Counted from the stretch's first letter, positions 1 to 10,344 are shown. The stretch: 64,000 bases of DNA from an uncultured Bacteroidota bacterium (GCA_902533035.1 CACAKI010000003.1:4479-68478); one strand, 5' to 3'. Numbers and translations: made by a program. The notes: generated by a model from the sequence alone, not told the origin.

Positions 1-957
1 ATCAAGCAAAGACCTTTTTCGACAGTAGCAGATCCAGTTAAATTACCAAAATCTATATTTATTTCTTGTTTTGACTCATCGCCATTAGCTCCCGATTATG
101 ATTTTATACTTTCTCATAAAGAAAAAGAATTTCAAAAAGGGATAGATGTTATTTCTTCTTTTTGTAATGGTAAAGTTCATATGAATGTTGATGGGGATGC
201 TGATTCAGATTTTTTTAAAAACATTGAAGGTGTCCAATTAAATAAATTTCATGGACCTCATCCTGCTGGGAATGTTGGAATTCAAATTCATCACATAGAT
301 CCAATAAACAAGGGAGATGTAGTTTGGGTGCTTTCACCTCAATCCATAATTACTATTGGTAATTTCTTTTTAACTGGAAAGTATGAAAATAATAAAACTA
401 TTGCTGTTACTGGCTCTGAGCTAAAGAAGCCAAAGTATTTTAATGTATTTCAGGGGGTTAATGTTTTTGAGCTACTTAAAGGAAACCTTAAATCTGGCAA
501 AAAAAGATTTATTTCTGGGAATGTATTACATGGGGACACCATTGAAGAAAATGGGCATATTGGTTTTTTTGAAGAACAAATTACTGTTATTCCTGAGGGT
601 GATTATTATGAGTTGTTTGGATGGGCGATGCCAGGTTTTAAGAAATATAGTTTTTCTAGAGCCTTTTTATCTTCATTGTTCCCACAAAAAAAATTAACCT
701 TAGATACTAATATGCATGGAGAAGAACGCGCCTATGTAGTTTCTGGTCAATATGAAAATTTAGTACCTATGGATATTTTCCCTGTTCAATTAATTAAATC
801 TATTCTGGTAGAAGATATAGAATTAATGGAAAAATTGGGTATTTATGAAGTGGCTCCTGAAGATTTTGCTTTATGTGAATTTGCATGTACTTCCAAAATG
901 CCTGTGCAGGATATTTTAAGGCATGGTTTAGATTTAGTTAAAAAAGAATGTAGTTAG
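1..957 (+). CDS. nqrA: Na(+)-translocating NADH:quinone reductase subunit A (5' end outside window)
   Basis: Frame is open from base 1 (IKQRPFSTVAD...DSSPLAPDYD) into the 181..957 ORF; has GPHPAGNVG and EDFALCEFAC motifs; first gene of an nqrA-F run. Confidence 0.96.
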   Translation: MKQRPFSTVADPVKLPKSIFISCFDSSPLAPDYDFILSHKEKEFQKGIDVISSFCNGKVHMNVDGDADSDFFKNIEGVQLNKFHGPHPAGNVGIQIHHIDPINKGDVVWVLSPQSIITIGNFFLTGKYENNKTIAVTGSELKKPKYFNVFQGVNVFELLKGNLKSGKKRFISGNVLHGDTIEENGHIGFFEEQITVIPEGDYYELFGWAMPGFKKYSFSRAFLSSLFPQKKLTLDTNMHGEERAYVVSGQYENLVPMDIFPVQLIKSILVEDIELMEKLGIYEVAPEDFALCEFACTSKMPVQDILRHGLDLVKKECS

Positions 958-959
958 TT

Positions 960-2168
960 ATGAGTTTTTTAAGAAACACATTAAACAAAATTAAACCACA
1001 TTTTTTAAAAGGTGGAAAGTTAGAAAAATTATATCCAGCATATGATGCTTTTGAAACGTTTTTATTTGTTCCAAATCATACAACTATCACTAAATGTCAT
1101 GTAAGAGATTCTATTGATTTGAAAAGGACAATGGGTACAGTTATATTAGCATTGATTCCTTGTTTGATATTTGGTTGTTATAACATTGGGTATCAATATT
1201 ATTCTCAGTTTGATCCATCTTTCATAACTCAAAATTTCAATGGCTTCTTTAATTTATTTTTATATGGATTAATGAAAGTGTTCCCAATGATTGTTGTTTC
1301 ATATGGCGTTGGACTTTCAATTGAGTTTGCTTTTGCTGTTTTTAGAAAACATCCAGTAAATGAAGGTTATTTAGTAACAGGGATGTTGATTCCACTAATA
1401 TTCCCTATTGATTGCCCTCTTTGGATAGTGGCTTTATCCGTTGTTTTTGCAGTTATAATTGGTAAAGAAGTATTTGGAGGAACAGGGATGAACATTTTAA
1501 ACCCTGCTTTATTAGCTAGAGGATTTGCGTTTTTTGCATACCCCACTAAATTATCAGGAGATAAAGTATGGGTCTCTCAAGGTAGTACCGATACTATTTC
1601 TGGAGAAACAGCTCTTGGAGAACTTGCAACACTTGTAAAAGATAATGTTTCGGAAGCACATGTTAATGATGTGTTAAGTAATTTTGGTAGTGACGGTTCT
1701 TATAGTTTATTGAATTCATTTTTAGGTTTTATTCCTGGTTCTATAGGTGAGACTTCAGTTGTTGCCGTTTTAATTGGAGCTGGAATTCTTCTTTTGACTG
1801 GTTTAGGTTCATGGAGAATAATGTTTTCCGCATTAATTGGTGGTTTTTTCATGGCATCAATATTTAAATTTTGGGGTGCTAATCCATTTATGGAATTGAA
1901 CCCAATACATCAATTATGTATTGGAGGATTTATGTTTGCCATTGTGTTTATGGCCACTGATCCTGTTTCAGCAGCACAAACTAATACAGGAAAGCTTGTA
2001 TATGGCTTTTTATGCGGTTTTTTAGGCATTATGATTAGGGTTTTTAATCCAGCTTATCCTGAAGGTATTATGTTAGCAATATTATTTATGAACGTTATGG
2101 CTCCTTTAATTGATCATTATGTAGTTCAAGCTAGTATAAAAAGAAGAATGAATAGAATTAACATTTAA
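960..2168 (+). CDS. nqrB: Na+-NQR subunit B
   Basis: Polytopic membrane protein with DLKRTM, KEVFGGTGMNILNPAL, the FMN-attachment SGET motif and FMATDPVS. Confidence 0.97.
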   Translation: MSFLRNTLNKIKPHFLKGGKLEKLYPAYDAFETFLFVPNHTTITKCHVRDSIDLKRTMGTVILALIPCLIFGCYNIGYQYYSQFDPSFITQNFNGFFNLFLYGLMKVFPMIVVSYGVGLSIEFAFAVFRKHPVNEGYLVTGMLIPLIFPIDCPLWIVALSVVFAVIIGKEVFGGTGMNILNPALLARGFAFFAYPTKLSGDKVWVSQGSTDTISGETALGELATLVKDNVSEAHVNDVLSNFGSDGSYSLLNSFLGFIPGSIGETSVVAVLIGAGILLLTGLGSWRIMFSALIGGFFMASIFKFWGANPFMELNPIHQLCIGGFMFAIVFMATDPVSAAQTNTGKLVYGFLCGFLGIMIRVFNPAYPEGIMLAILFMNVMAPLIDHYVVQASIKRRMNRINI

Positions 2169-2176
2169 TTATTAGT

Positions 2177-2896
2177 ATGAGTATTAATAAAGATTCAAAT
2201 ATTTTCACTTTCTCATTTGCTGTTGTTATGGTCTTGATCGTGGCGATTTCTTTAGCAGTTGTTTCGGAGTCTTTATCTAGTATGAAAAAAGCTAATAAAG
2301 AGGACAAGAAAAAAATAAATATTTTATCAGCAATTAAAGTTTCAGCTGACAGGAATGAAGCAAGTCAATTATATGAAGAATACATAAAAGAATCTATTGT
2401 CATTAATTCTTCTGGTGAAATCATAGAGAATGATAATTTGGATGCATTTTACATAGATGTTAAAAAACAATATAGAAATAAAAACCTTTCAATAGAGGAT
2501 AAAATTTTTCCAATTTTTATTGCAGAAAAAGATGGTTCTAAATACTACATAACTCCTTTAGTTGGCAGTGGATTATGGGGCCCTATTTGGGGGTTTATTG
2601 CATTTGAAAAAGATTGTAATACTATATATGGCGCTTCTTTTGATCATAAAACAGAAACTCCAGGTTTGGGTGCTGAAATTAGAGAAGCTTTTTTTGAAGA
2701 TGCGTTTATTGGCAAAAAAATATTAGACGAAAATTCTTCATTTGTTTCTGTAGATGTTGTAAAAGGTGGATCCGAAGAAGGGAACAATCATCAAGTTGAT
2801 GGAATAACAGGTGGAACAATTACAAGTGATGGGGTGACCAATATGCTTAAAAATGATTTAAAAGTATATAATAATTATTTTAAAACGATTAGATAG
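2177..2896 (+). CDS. nqrC: Na+-NQR subunit C
   Basis: N-terminal TM helix, GLWGPIWG, ETPGLGAEI and the FMN-binding DGITGGTITS motif. Confidence 0.97.
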   Translation: MSINKDSNIFTFSFAVVMVLIVAISLAVVSESLSSMKKANKEDKKKINILSAIKVSADRNEASQLYEEYIKESIVINSSGEIIENDNLDAFYIDVKKQYRNKNLSIEDKIFPIFIAEKDGSKYYITPLVGSGLWGPIWGFIAFEKDCNTIYGASFDHKTETPGLGAEIREAFFEDAFIGKKILDENSSFVSVDVVKGGSEEGNNHQVDGITGGTITSDGVTNMLKNDLKVYNNYFKTIR

Positions 2897-2899
2897 ATA

Positions 2900-3556
2900 A
2901 TGAAAAGTACTCTTTTTTCTAAAAAAAATAGAAAGTTGTTAAGTGATCCGTTGGGAGATCAAAATCCTATTACTATCCAAGTTTTAGGAATATGTTCTGC
3001 TTTAGCTATTACCGTACAACTTCAACAAGCATTAGTTATGGCTATGTCAGTTGTTTTTGTTATGGTTTGTGCAAATGTGATTATCTCTGCGTTAAGAAAC
3101 GTTATACCTTCTCGAATTAGAATAATTGTTCAATTGGTTGTAGTATCTTCACTTGTTGTATTTGTTGATCAAGTATTACAAGCATTTTTGCCTGATGTTC
3201 AAGAAAAATTATCTGTTTTTATTGGTTTAATTGTTTCTAACTGCATTATTATGGGAAGACTTGAAGCTTTTGCATTAGGTAATAAATTATGGCCTTCTTT
3301 TTTAGATGCTATTGGAAATGCGATTGGTTATGGATGGATATTATTAGCTGTTGCATTTTTTAGAGAGCTTTTGGGGTCTGGAAAATTATTTGGTTATCAA
3401 GTTTTTCCTGATGGATGGTATGAAGCTAGTGGAGGTTTTTATTTAAATAATAACTTAATGATTTTGCCCCCAATGGCATTAATTGTTGTGGGGATTATTA
3501 TTTGGGTCCAAAGATCTAGAAAATCATTTCCTGAGGAATTATTAGAAGAAAATTAA
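2900..3556 (+). CDS. nqrD: Na+-NQR subunit D
   Basis: NPITIQVLGICSALA and NCIIMGRLEAFA motifs. Confidence 0.97.
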   Translation: MKSTLFSKKNRKLLSDPLGDQNPITIQVLGICSALAITVQLQQALVMAMSVVFVMVCANVIISALRNVIPSRIRIIVQLVVVSSLVVFVDQVLQAFLPDVQEKLSVFIGLIVSNCIIMGRLEAFALGNKLWPSFLDAIGNAIGYGWILLAVAFFRELLGSGKLFGYQVFPDGWYEASGGFYLNNNLMILPPMALIVVGIIIWVQRSRKSFPEELLEEN

Positions 3557-3558
3557 TT

Positions 3559-4176
3559 ATGGAAGAATTAGTAAATATATTTATAAAAGGCGTTTTTATT
3601 GAAAATATGATTTTTGCATATTTTTTAGGAATGTGTTCTTATTTAGCTGTTTCAAAAACTGTAGAAACAGGTGTTGGTTTAGGCGCTGCAGTTATATTTG
3701 TTTTAGGTATAACAGTTCCGATTAATTATTTATTAGAAAATTATCTTCTTAAAGAAGGCGCTTTGAGTTGGCTAGGGGAAAGATTTGCGACTATGGACTT
3801 GTCTTTCTTAAGTTTAATTATGTTTATAGCTGTAGTTGCATCTATGGTTCAATTAGTTGAGATGTTAGTTGAAAAATTTTCTCCTCAACTTTATAGTAGT
3901 TTAGGTATATTTCTCCCATTGATTGCTGTTAATTGTTCAATTTTAGGAGGCGCTCTTTTTATGCAAGAACGTCAATACTCAACTATTGTAGAAGCAACTT
4001 CTTTTGCTTTGGGTTCTGGAGTTGGGTGGTTTTTGGCTATTGTTGGAATTGCTGCTATAAGAGAAAAAATAAGATATTCTAATGTCCCTGCGCCCCTTAG
4101 AGGTCTAGGTATAACTTTTATTATTACTGGTCTAATGGGTATTGGTTTTATGTGCTTTATGGGGATAAATATATAA
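3559..4176 (+). CDS. nqrE: Na+-NQR subunit E
   Basis: FLGMCSYLAVSK, FLPLIAVNC and LRGLGITFI motifs. Confidence 0.97.
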   Translation: MEELVNIFIKGVFIENMIFAYFLGMCSYLAVSKTVETGVGLGAAVIFVLGITVPINYLLENYLLKEGALSWLGERFATMDLSFLSLIMFIAVVASMVQLVEMLVEKFSPQLYSSLGIFLPLIAVNCSILGGALFMQERQYSTIVEATSFALGSGVGWFLAIVGIAAIREKIRYSNVPAPLRGLGITFIITGLMGIGFMCFMGINI

Positions 4177-4184
4177 ATGAATTT

Positions 4185-5480
4185 ATGTTTGAATTAATTA
4201 TATTTTCGGTTGTTATTTTTTTAATTGTTATGTTATCTCTGGTTATGGTTTTGCTTTTTGCAAAAGCAAAGTTATCTCCATCGGGCGATGTTTCTTTAAC
4301 TATTAATGGAGAAAGCACATTAAAAGTTAGTGCAGGTGATACTATTTTAACAACCCTAAGCAATAATAAGGTTTTTTTACCATCAGCTTGTGGTGGTGGT
4401 GGTACTTGTGCTATGTGTAAGTGTCAAGTTAATTCAGGAGGAGGAGGTATTTTACCGACAGAAAAACCATATTTTTCAAGAAAGGAAATTCAAGAAAATT
4501 GGAGATTAGGATGTCAAGTGAAAGTAAAAAATGATATGGAAATTCAAATTCCAGAGGAAATATTTGGGATAAAACAATGGAAGGCAAAAGTAGTTTCTAA
4601 TTATAATGTTGCTTCTTTTATTAAAGAGTTTATAGTTGAGTTACCAGAAGACATGGATTATGAAGCGGGTGGGTATATACAAATTGAAATTCCAGAAAGT
4701 GAAATTAAATATCAAGATTTTGATATTTCTGCACATCCAAAAGAGCATCCTGGAGAAAAAGATAAATTTAAATATGAATGGGATAAATTTAACCTATGGC
4801 CTTTAGTGATGAAGAATGATGAGAGTGTTGTGAGGGCTTATTCTATGGCAAGTTATCCAGCTGAAGGTAGAAAAATTATGCTAAATGTAAGAGTAGCAAC
4901 ACCTCCTTGGGATAGAAAAAATAATAATTGGCTGAATGTTAATCCTGGAATTGCTTCATCTTATATTTTTGGATTAAAAGAAGGGGATGAGGTTACGATA
5001 TCAGGTCCTTACGGTGATTTTTTCATCAAAGATTCTACTGCTGAGATGGTTTATATTGGAGGTGGGGCAGGCATGGCTCCTTTAAGGTCGCATTTGTACC
5101 ACTTATTTAAAACTTTAAAATCCAAAAGGAAAGTATCTTATTGGTATGGTGGAAGATCAAGGAGAGAGCTTTTTTATATGGAACACTTTTTTTCTTTAGA
5201 AAAAAAATTCAAAAACTTTAAATTTTATCCTGTGTTGTCTGAACCTTTGGAGGAAGATAAATGGAAAGTTAAGAAAAGTTTAAATGATAAAAAAGGAGAT
5301 GGATTTTTAGGGTTTGTGCACCAAGCATTTATAGATAATTATTTGAGTAAACATGAAAATCCTGAAGATATTGAGTTTTATTTTTGTGGTCCGCCATTAA
5401 TGAATCAAGCAGTTTTGAAAATGTGTGATGATTTTGGTGTTCCAGAAGAAAATGTTGCATTTGATGACTTTGGTGGTTAG
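4185..5480 (+). CDS. nqrF: Na+-NQR subunit F
   Basis: 2Fe-2S motif SACGGGGTCAMC...RLGCQ, FAD motif RAYSMA, NADH motif GGGAGMAP and terminal FDDFGG; in-frame ATG at 4185 preferred over the ORF-track start at 4152. Confidence 0.97.
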   Translation: MFELIIFSVVIFLIVMLSLVMVLLFAKAKLSPSGDVSLTINGESTLKVSAGDTILTTLSNNKVFLPSACGGGGTCAMCKCQVNSGGGGILPTEKPYFSRKEIQENWRLGCQVKVKNDMEIQIPEEIFGIKQWKAKVVSNYNVASFIKEFIVELPEDMDYEAGGYIQIEIPESEIKYQDFDISAHPKEHPGEKDKFKYEWDKFNLWPLVMKNDESVVRAYSMASYPAEGRKIMLNVRVATPPWDRKNNNWLNVNPGIASSYIFGLKEGDEVTISGPYGDFFIKDSTAEMVYIGGGAGMAPLRSHLYHLFKTLKSKRKVSYWYGGRSRRELFYMEHFFSLEKKFKNFKFYPVLSEPLEEDKWKVKKSLNDKKGDGFLGFVHQAFIDNYLSKHENPEDIEFYFCGPPLMNQAVLKMCDDFGVPEENVAFDDFGG

Positions 5481-6486
5481 GTTTACTTTGTTTTGCATTT
5501 TACTTATTTCTTGTTCATCCAACAATACTTCTCTGTATTCAATTTATGGTAAGACTCAAGGAACATTTTATAGTGTTAAATATTTTTCAACTGAAAAGTT
5601 TATATCAAAGAATGATATAGATAGTATTCTTTTTGATTTAGACTTGTCATTATCTTCTTATATAGACTCATCTGTTATTAGCAGGATTAATAATAACACA
5701 ACTAATAAAGTAGATGGTTTTTTAAAAAAAATAATAATTCGATCATTACAAATTTGTAATGAAACAAATGGGGCTTTTGATATTACTATTGCTCCTATTG
5801 TTAATAGTTATGGATTTGGGCCAAAAGAAAATAATTTCAGGATTGATTATTCTAATTTATCAAACTATATAGGTTGTGATAAAATTCGTATTAAGAATAA
5901 TTTAATTCAAAAAAAAGATAAAAATATTGAATTAGATGTTAATGGTATCGCTCAAGGTTTTAGTGTTGATGTTTTGGCAGATTATTTAAAGAAAAATGGA
6001 ATTTCTAATTTTATTATTAATATTGGTGGTGAAGTGTTTTGTTCAGGAACAAAACAAGGTAATCCTTGGTTAGTTGCTATAGAAAAGCCATTTCAAAACA
6101 TTCAATTACAAAAGTATATTATAAAATTGTCGAATAAAGCTTTGGCAACTTCTGGAAGCTATAGAAAAATAAAGAAATTAGAAAATAAAACAATTTCACA
6201 TACTATGAATCCAAAAACTTTTTATCCTGTTGAAAATAATTTAATTAGTGTTTCAATTATGTCAGATAATTGTATGGATGCGGATGCTTATGCTACTGCT
6301 TGTATGTCTATGGGTTTGGAGGAATCAAAAAAATTTGTAAATCAAAGAGGGATAGAGGCTTGTTTTATTTATAAAGAAAAAAATGACACTCTAACTTATA
6401 TGACTTCAGGTTTGCTTAAGTTAGTTTCTTCTGAATCTCCTGATTTTTTAGATTTACAATCTTCATTAGGCGCGGCGCCACAATAA
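5464..6486 (+). CDS. apbE: FAD:protein FMN transferase (lipoprotein)
   Basis: Lipobox LISC, GAFDIT, LDVNGIAQG, NIGGEV, ATSGSYR, DAYATA; directly follows nqrF; start uncertain (ATG 5464 or GTG 5473). Confidence 0.93.
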   Translation: MTLVVRFTLFCILLISCSSNNTSLYSIYGKTQGTFYSVKYFSTEKFISKNDIDSILFDLDLSLSSYIDSSVISRINNNTTNKVDGFLKKIIIRSLQICNETNGAFDITIAPIVNSYGFGPKENNFRIDYSNLSNYIGCDKIRIKNNLIQKKDKNIELDVNGIAQGFSVDVLADYLKKNGISNFIINIGGEVFCSGTKQGNPWLVAIEKPFQNIQLQKYIIKLSNKALATSGSYRKIKKLENKTISHTMNPKTFYPVENNLISVSIMSDNCMDADAYATACMSMGLEESKKFVNQRGIEACFIYKEKNDTLTYMTSGLLKLVSSESPDFLDLQSSLGAAPQ

Positions 6487-6635
6487 GAACAAGGTTCGTT
6501 ATTGTTATTTAGTAAAGGATTATTGCTTGCGCAGGTCCCTGAAAATTCACCATTCTTTTTAATTAATATTTTTATTGCAATACCACATATACAAAGTGAA
6601 AGGATTATTATTGATGTTATTATGATGTCAATCAT
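6396..6635 (-). CDS. Small single-TM Cys-rich membrane protein, NqrM/DUF539-like architecture
   Basis: 79 aa: hydrophobic N-terminal helix, then GTC...CxxC...C; ATG lies 2 bp after the murB stop. Confidence 0.75.
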   Translation of the reverse strand: MIDIIITSIIILSLCICGIAIKILIKKNGEFSGTCASNNPLLNNNNEPCSYCGAAPNEDCKSKKSGDSEETNLSKPEVI

Positions 6636-6637
6636 TT

Positions 6638-7648
6638 TTATATTATTTGAACTTCTTCTTCTAAATCAATTTTAAATTTATTTTTCACGTCTTCTTTGAT
6701 GTTGTTTGCTAATTCTTTTATTTCTATTCCAGTTGCTTTTCCAAAGTTAACTAAAACTAATGCTTGTTTTTTGTAAACCCCACATTGTTTTATTTTTTTT
6801 CCTTTCCATCCACATTGCTCTATTAACCATCCTGCAGATAATTTTATTTTTTTGTTTTTCTGAAAATATTTTATTTCAGGGAATTTTTTTTGAATTCTTT
6901 CAAACACATTTTTTTCAATAACCGGATTTTTAAAAAAACTACCACTATTTCCAATTTGTTTTGGGTCGGGGAGTTTTCTGTTTCGGATTTTACAAATTGT
7001 GCTACCTATATTTTCTAATGAAATTGGAATACTATTTTTTTCAAACTCTAAACGAAGAGCTTCATAGTTTAATATTGGAGATTCTTTCTTTTTTAATTTT
7101 ATTTCAATATCACTGATGAAAAATTTATTTTTTAACTCATTTTTAAATATAGAATCTCTATATCCAAAAAAACATTCTTTTTTTGTAAAATTTTTTTTCT
7201 CCCCCGTTTTAATATTGTATGCATTAAGTTTTTGAAATACATCTTTTATTTCTACGCCATATGCACCTATGTTTTGTATTGGCGCTGCCCCAACAGTTCC
7301 AGGTATTAGTATTAAATTTTCAATACCCCATAGTTTCTTTTTTATGGTCCATTTTACTAGATCATTCCACATTACACCTGCGCCAATATTTAGTGTGATA
7401 CTTTCTAGATCTTCTTTTATAACATTTATTCCTTTTATTTGATTATGTAAAATTAAACCTGTAATATTTTTTGTTATTAAAATATTGCTTCCACCACCTA
7501 GTATGAAGTAGTTTTGTCTTTTTTTATTTAAAAATTCAATGCTTTCTTTAATGTGATCTTCATTTTGTATACTAATGAAATTTTCAGCATAATAATTAAC
7601 GCCAAAAGTGTTTAATTTTACTAAGGATTTATTATTTTCCAATAACAT
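6638..7648 (-). CDS. murB: UDP-N-acetylmuramate dehydrogenase
   Basis: LNTFG, GGGSNIL, IPGTVGAAPIQNIGAYG, GNSGSFFKNP, LEEEV motifs. Confidence 0.96.
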   Translation of the reverse strand: MLLENNKSLVKLNTFGVNYYAENFISIQNEDHIKESIEFLNKKRQNYFILGGGSNILITKNITGLILHNQIKGINVIKEDLESITLNIGAGVMWNDLVKWTIKKKLWGIENLILIPGTVGAAPIQNIGAYGVEIKDVFQKLNAYNIKTGEKKNFTKKECFFGYRDSIFKNELKNKFFISDIEIKLKKKESPILNYEALRLEFEKNSIPISLENIGSTICKIRNRKLPDPKQIGNSGSFFKNPVIEKNVFERIQKKFPEIKYFQKNKKIKLSAGWLIEQCGWKGKKIKQCGVYKKQALVLVNFGKATGIEIKELANNIKEDVKNKFKIDLEEEVQII

Positions 7649-7703
7649 AATACTAATATAATAACGTTTTAAACGTTTTTAGTTAAATCTTAAACTTAAA
7701 ATT

Positions 7704-8804
7704 TTGAAAAAAATAATAGTTTCTGTTACTACGGATTTAATTTCAGATCAACGTGTTCATAAAATATGTTTATCTCTTTGTAATTCTGGACATCATGTGA
7801 CATTAGTTGGAAGAAAATTAAATAATGATTTTTTTTTAAAAAGATCTTATGAAATCAAAAGATTTAATATGTTTTTCAAAAAAGGCTTTTTGTTTTATTT
7901 GTTTTTTAATATCAGGTTGTTTTTCTTTTTGTTATTTAAAAAATGTGATGTTTATTTTTCTAACGATTTAGATACATTATTGTCTAATTTTTTAGTTTCA
8001 AAAATCAAAAAAAAACCGCTTGTATATGATTCTCATGAATTATTTACTGAAGTTCCAGAATTAATTAATAAGAAATTTGTAAAATCTTTTTGGCTTTACA
8101 TTGAAAAAAAAATTTTTCCTAGACTAAATCATGTAATTACTGTTAGTGAAGGCTTTTCTTCGTTTTATCATAATAAGTATAAAAATTCTATTTTGGTAAT
8201 TCGAAATGTGCCATTTTTAAATAATGATTTTTTAAAAAAAGAAAATTCTTTTAAATTTTTCAATTATAAAAACGATCAAATAAATATTATATATCAAGGT
8301 GCTTTAAATAAAGATAGAGGAATAAAATTAATGATAGAAATGATGGAGTATTTGAATGCAAATTTGTATTTATTTGGATCTGGAGATATAGAAGAGAAGT
8401 TAAAAAAACACATGGAACAAAAAGGGTTATCCAATAAAATATTTTTTATTGGTAGAATTGGTTTTGAAAAATTGCAACATATCACACCTAAATTTGATTT
8501 AGGTCTTTCATTTGAGGAAGATTCTTGCCTTTCTTATCGTTACTCTCTTCCTAATAAGATTTTTGATTATATACACGCAGGAGTTCCTGTTTTATGTAGT
8601 AATTTACCAGAGATTTCTAAGTTTATAAAAGAAAATAACGTAGGTCAGGTTTTAAATTCAAGAGATCCTAAAAAAATTGCTTTGCAAGCAAGAGAAATAA
8701 TATCTAAAAAAGAGACATATTATAAATATTTAAGTATTACAAAAAATAAATTTTATTGGGAAAAAGAACAAGAAAAGATTATTAATTTATTTGATGGTTT
8801 TTAG
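7704..8804 (+). CDS. GT-B fold glycosyltransferase (GT4-like)
   Basis: DQRVHK, YDSHE, YQGALNKDRG, PNKIFDYIHAGVPV; TTG start. Confidence 0.88.
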   Translation: MKKIIVSVTTDLISDQRVHKICLSLCNSGHHVTLVGRKLNNDFFLKRSYEIKRFNMFFKKGFLFYLFFNIRLFFFLLFKKCDVYFSNDLDTLLSNFLVSKIKKKPLVYDSHELFTEVPELINKKFVKSFWLYIEKKIFPRLNHVITVSEGFSSFYHNKYKNSILVIRNVPFLNNDFLKKENSFKFFNYKNDQINIIYQGALNKDRGIKLMIEMMEYLNANLYLFGSGDIEEKLKKHMEQKGLSNKIFFIGRIGFEKLQHITPKFDLGLSFEEDSCLSYRYSLPNKIFDYIHAGVPVLCSNLPEISKFIKENNVGQVLNSRDPKKIALQAREIISKKETYYKYLSITKNKFYWEKEQEKIINLFDGF

Positions 8805-9648
8805 TTATTTTGCAATAATAACCTAATTTATAAAATTGAAATAATTTTATGTTTGGCTTTTTAGATAATAGATTATTTAAAATTATCTTTTTGGTTAGTT
8901 GAAATGTAATAATAATTAAATGATCTAGAAGGAAATTGGATAATTTTTTTTGAATTCGGATTATAAGAATATTGTTTAGTTTATATTTTTTATTTAAAAA
9001 GTATAAGTTATTTAATCCTTCTTTTGTTTTTTTTATAAATACTTGATTCGTTTCTAATCCTATATGTTTGACGGGGTTTTTAATAAATTCAAACTTGTAG
9101 TTTTTCTTTTTTAAATCAATCCAAAATATTGTGTCTTCATGTCCATAGCCTTTTATTTCTTCATTAAATTTGATGCTTTCAAATACTTTTTTTTGTATTA
9201 AAAAATGATGTGATGAAAATACATCTTTTTTTCTTTTTGATTCAATATTTTTTCCGTACTTCCAGTGAAGTATTTTATCTTTTTCAGGTTTATTTTTTTG
9301 ATATACTGTTTCTCCATAGTATATTTTTTTCTCATCAATTTTTTTATTAATGTAATTATTTATAAAATTATTATTGATTTCTGAGTCGCAATCGATAAAT
9401 AGCAGCCACTTAAATTTTGCTGTGTTTGCAAGAAGATTTCTAATTTTTGATCTGCCAATATTTTTTTTCAAATGTATGTACGTTACATTTTTTAAGTTTT
9501 TAATCTTTTCATTTGAAAAAGTTTGAGTCGATCCATCTTCAGCACATATAATTTCAAATTTATTTGTTGTTAATTCTATTTGTTTATGAATGGTTTCAAT
9601 TAGATTAGTAACATCAAAATTATAAGAAGGTATTAAAATAGAGATCAT
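8782..9648 (-). CDS. Family 2 glycosyltransferase
   Basis: ISILIPSYN, EDGS, GRSKIRN, FIDCD (DxD) and YGHED motifs. Confidence 0.9.
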   Translation of the reverse strand: MISILIPSYNFDVTNLIETIHKQIELTTNKFEIICAEDGSTQTFSNEKIKNLKNVTYIHLKKNIGRSKIRNLLANTAKFKWLLFIDCDSEINNNFINNYINKKIDEKKIYYGETVYQKNKPEKDKILHWKYGKNIESKRKKDVFSSHHFLIQKKVFESIKFNEEIKGYGHEDTIFWIDLKKKNYKFEFIKNPVKHIGLETNQVFIKKTKEGLNNLYFLNKKYKLNNILIIRIQKKLSNFLLDHLIIITFQLTKKIILNNLLSKKPNIKLFQFYKLGYYCKITKNHQIN

Positions 9649-9651
9649 TTT

Positions 9652-10344
9652 CTATTTATTTTTTAATTGTGGTGTGTTTGAAATTTTTTGATCATAACAA
9701 TAAATCATTTTAGCTGGAAAGTTATTGATTAAATATTTATCGTGACATATCATTAAAACAGACTTTCCTTTTTCACAAATACTTTTTAATAAGAGCATTA
9801 TTTCTTCAGATGTTTCTGGGTCTAGATTTCTAGTAGGTTCATCAGCTAGAATTAATGATGGGTTGTTAATTAATGCTCTTGCAATGGATATTCTTTGTTG
9901 TTCTCCTCCAGATAATTCAAATGGCATTTTTTTCCCTTTATTTGTCATTTTTACAGCATCTAGCACTTCATTCATTCTAGTTTCCATTTCTATTCTATTC
10001 TTCCATCCAGTTGCCTTCATTACAAAAAGTAAATTTTCATGCACATTTCTGTCATTTAGAAGTTGTAGTCTTTGGAAAACAACACCTAATTTTCTTCTTA
10101 ATTTTGGGATTTGATTTTCTTTGATTTTGGATAAATTAAATCCAACAACTTCCCCAATTCCTTTTTTAAATGGAATGTCTGCATATAATGTTTCAAAAAG
10201 ACTACTTTTTCCACTTCCATTTTTTCCAATCAAATAAATAAATTCACCTTTTTTAATTGTTAAATTAATATTCTGTAAAATTAATCTATTCGATTGATAG
10301 ATAAATGCGCCTTCAAGCTTTAATAGATAGTCAGAATTTTCCAC
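9652..10344 (-). CDS. ftsE: FtsE-type ABC ATPase
   Basis: Walker A GKNGSGKS, LRRKLGVVFQ, LSGGEQQR and ILADEPT motifs; GTG start. Confidence 0.78.
   Translation of the reverse strand: MENSDYLLKLEGAFIYQSNRLILQNINLTIKKGEFIYLIGKNGSGKSSLFETLYADIPFKKGIGEVVGFNLSKIKENQIPKLRRKLGVVFQRLQLLNDRNVHENLLFVMKATGWKNRIEMETRMNEVLDAVKMTNKGKKMPFELSGGEQQRISIARALINNPSLILADEPTRNLDPETSEEIMLLLKSICEKGKSVLMICHDKYLINNFPAKMIYCYDQKISNTPQLKNK

Noticed and set aside
4152..4184. N-terminal extension of NqrF in the ORF track
   Set aside because: Overlaps nqrE; the in-frame ATG at 4185 gives the normal TM-first N-terminus
9652..10344. ftsE without adjacent ftsX
   Set aside because: Unlinked ftsE and ftsX are usual in Bacteroidota
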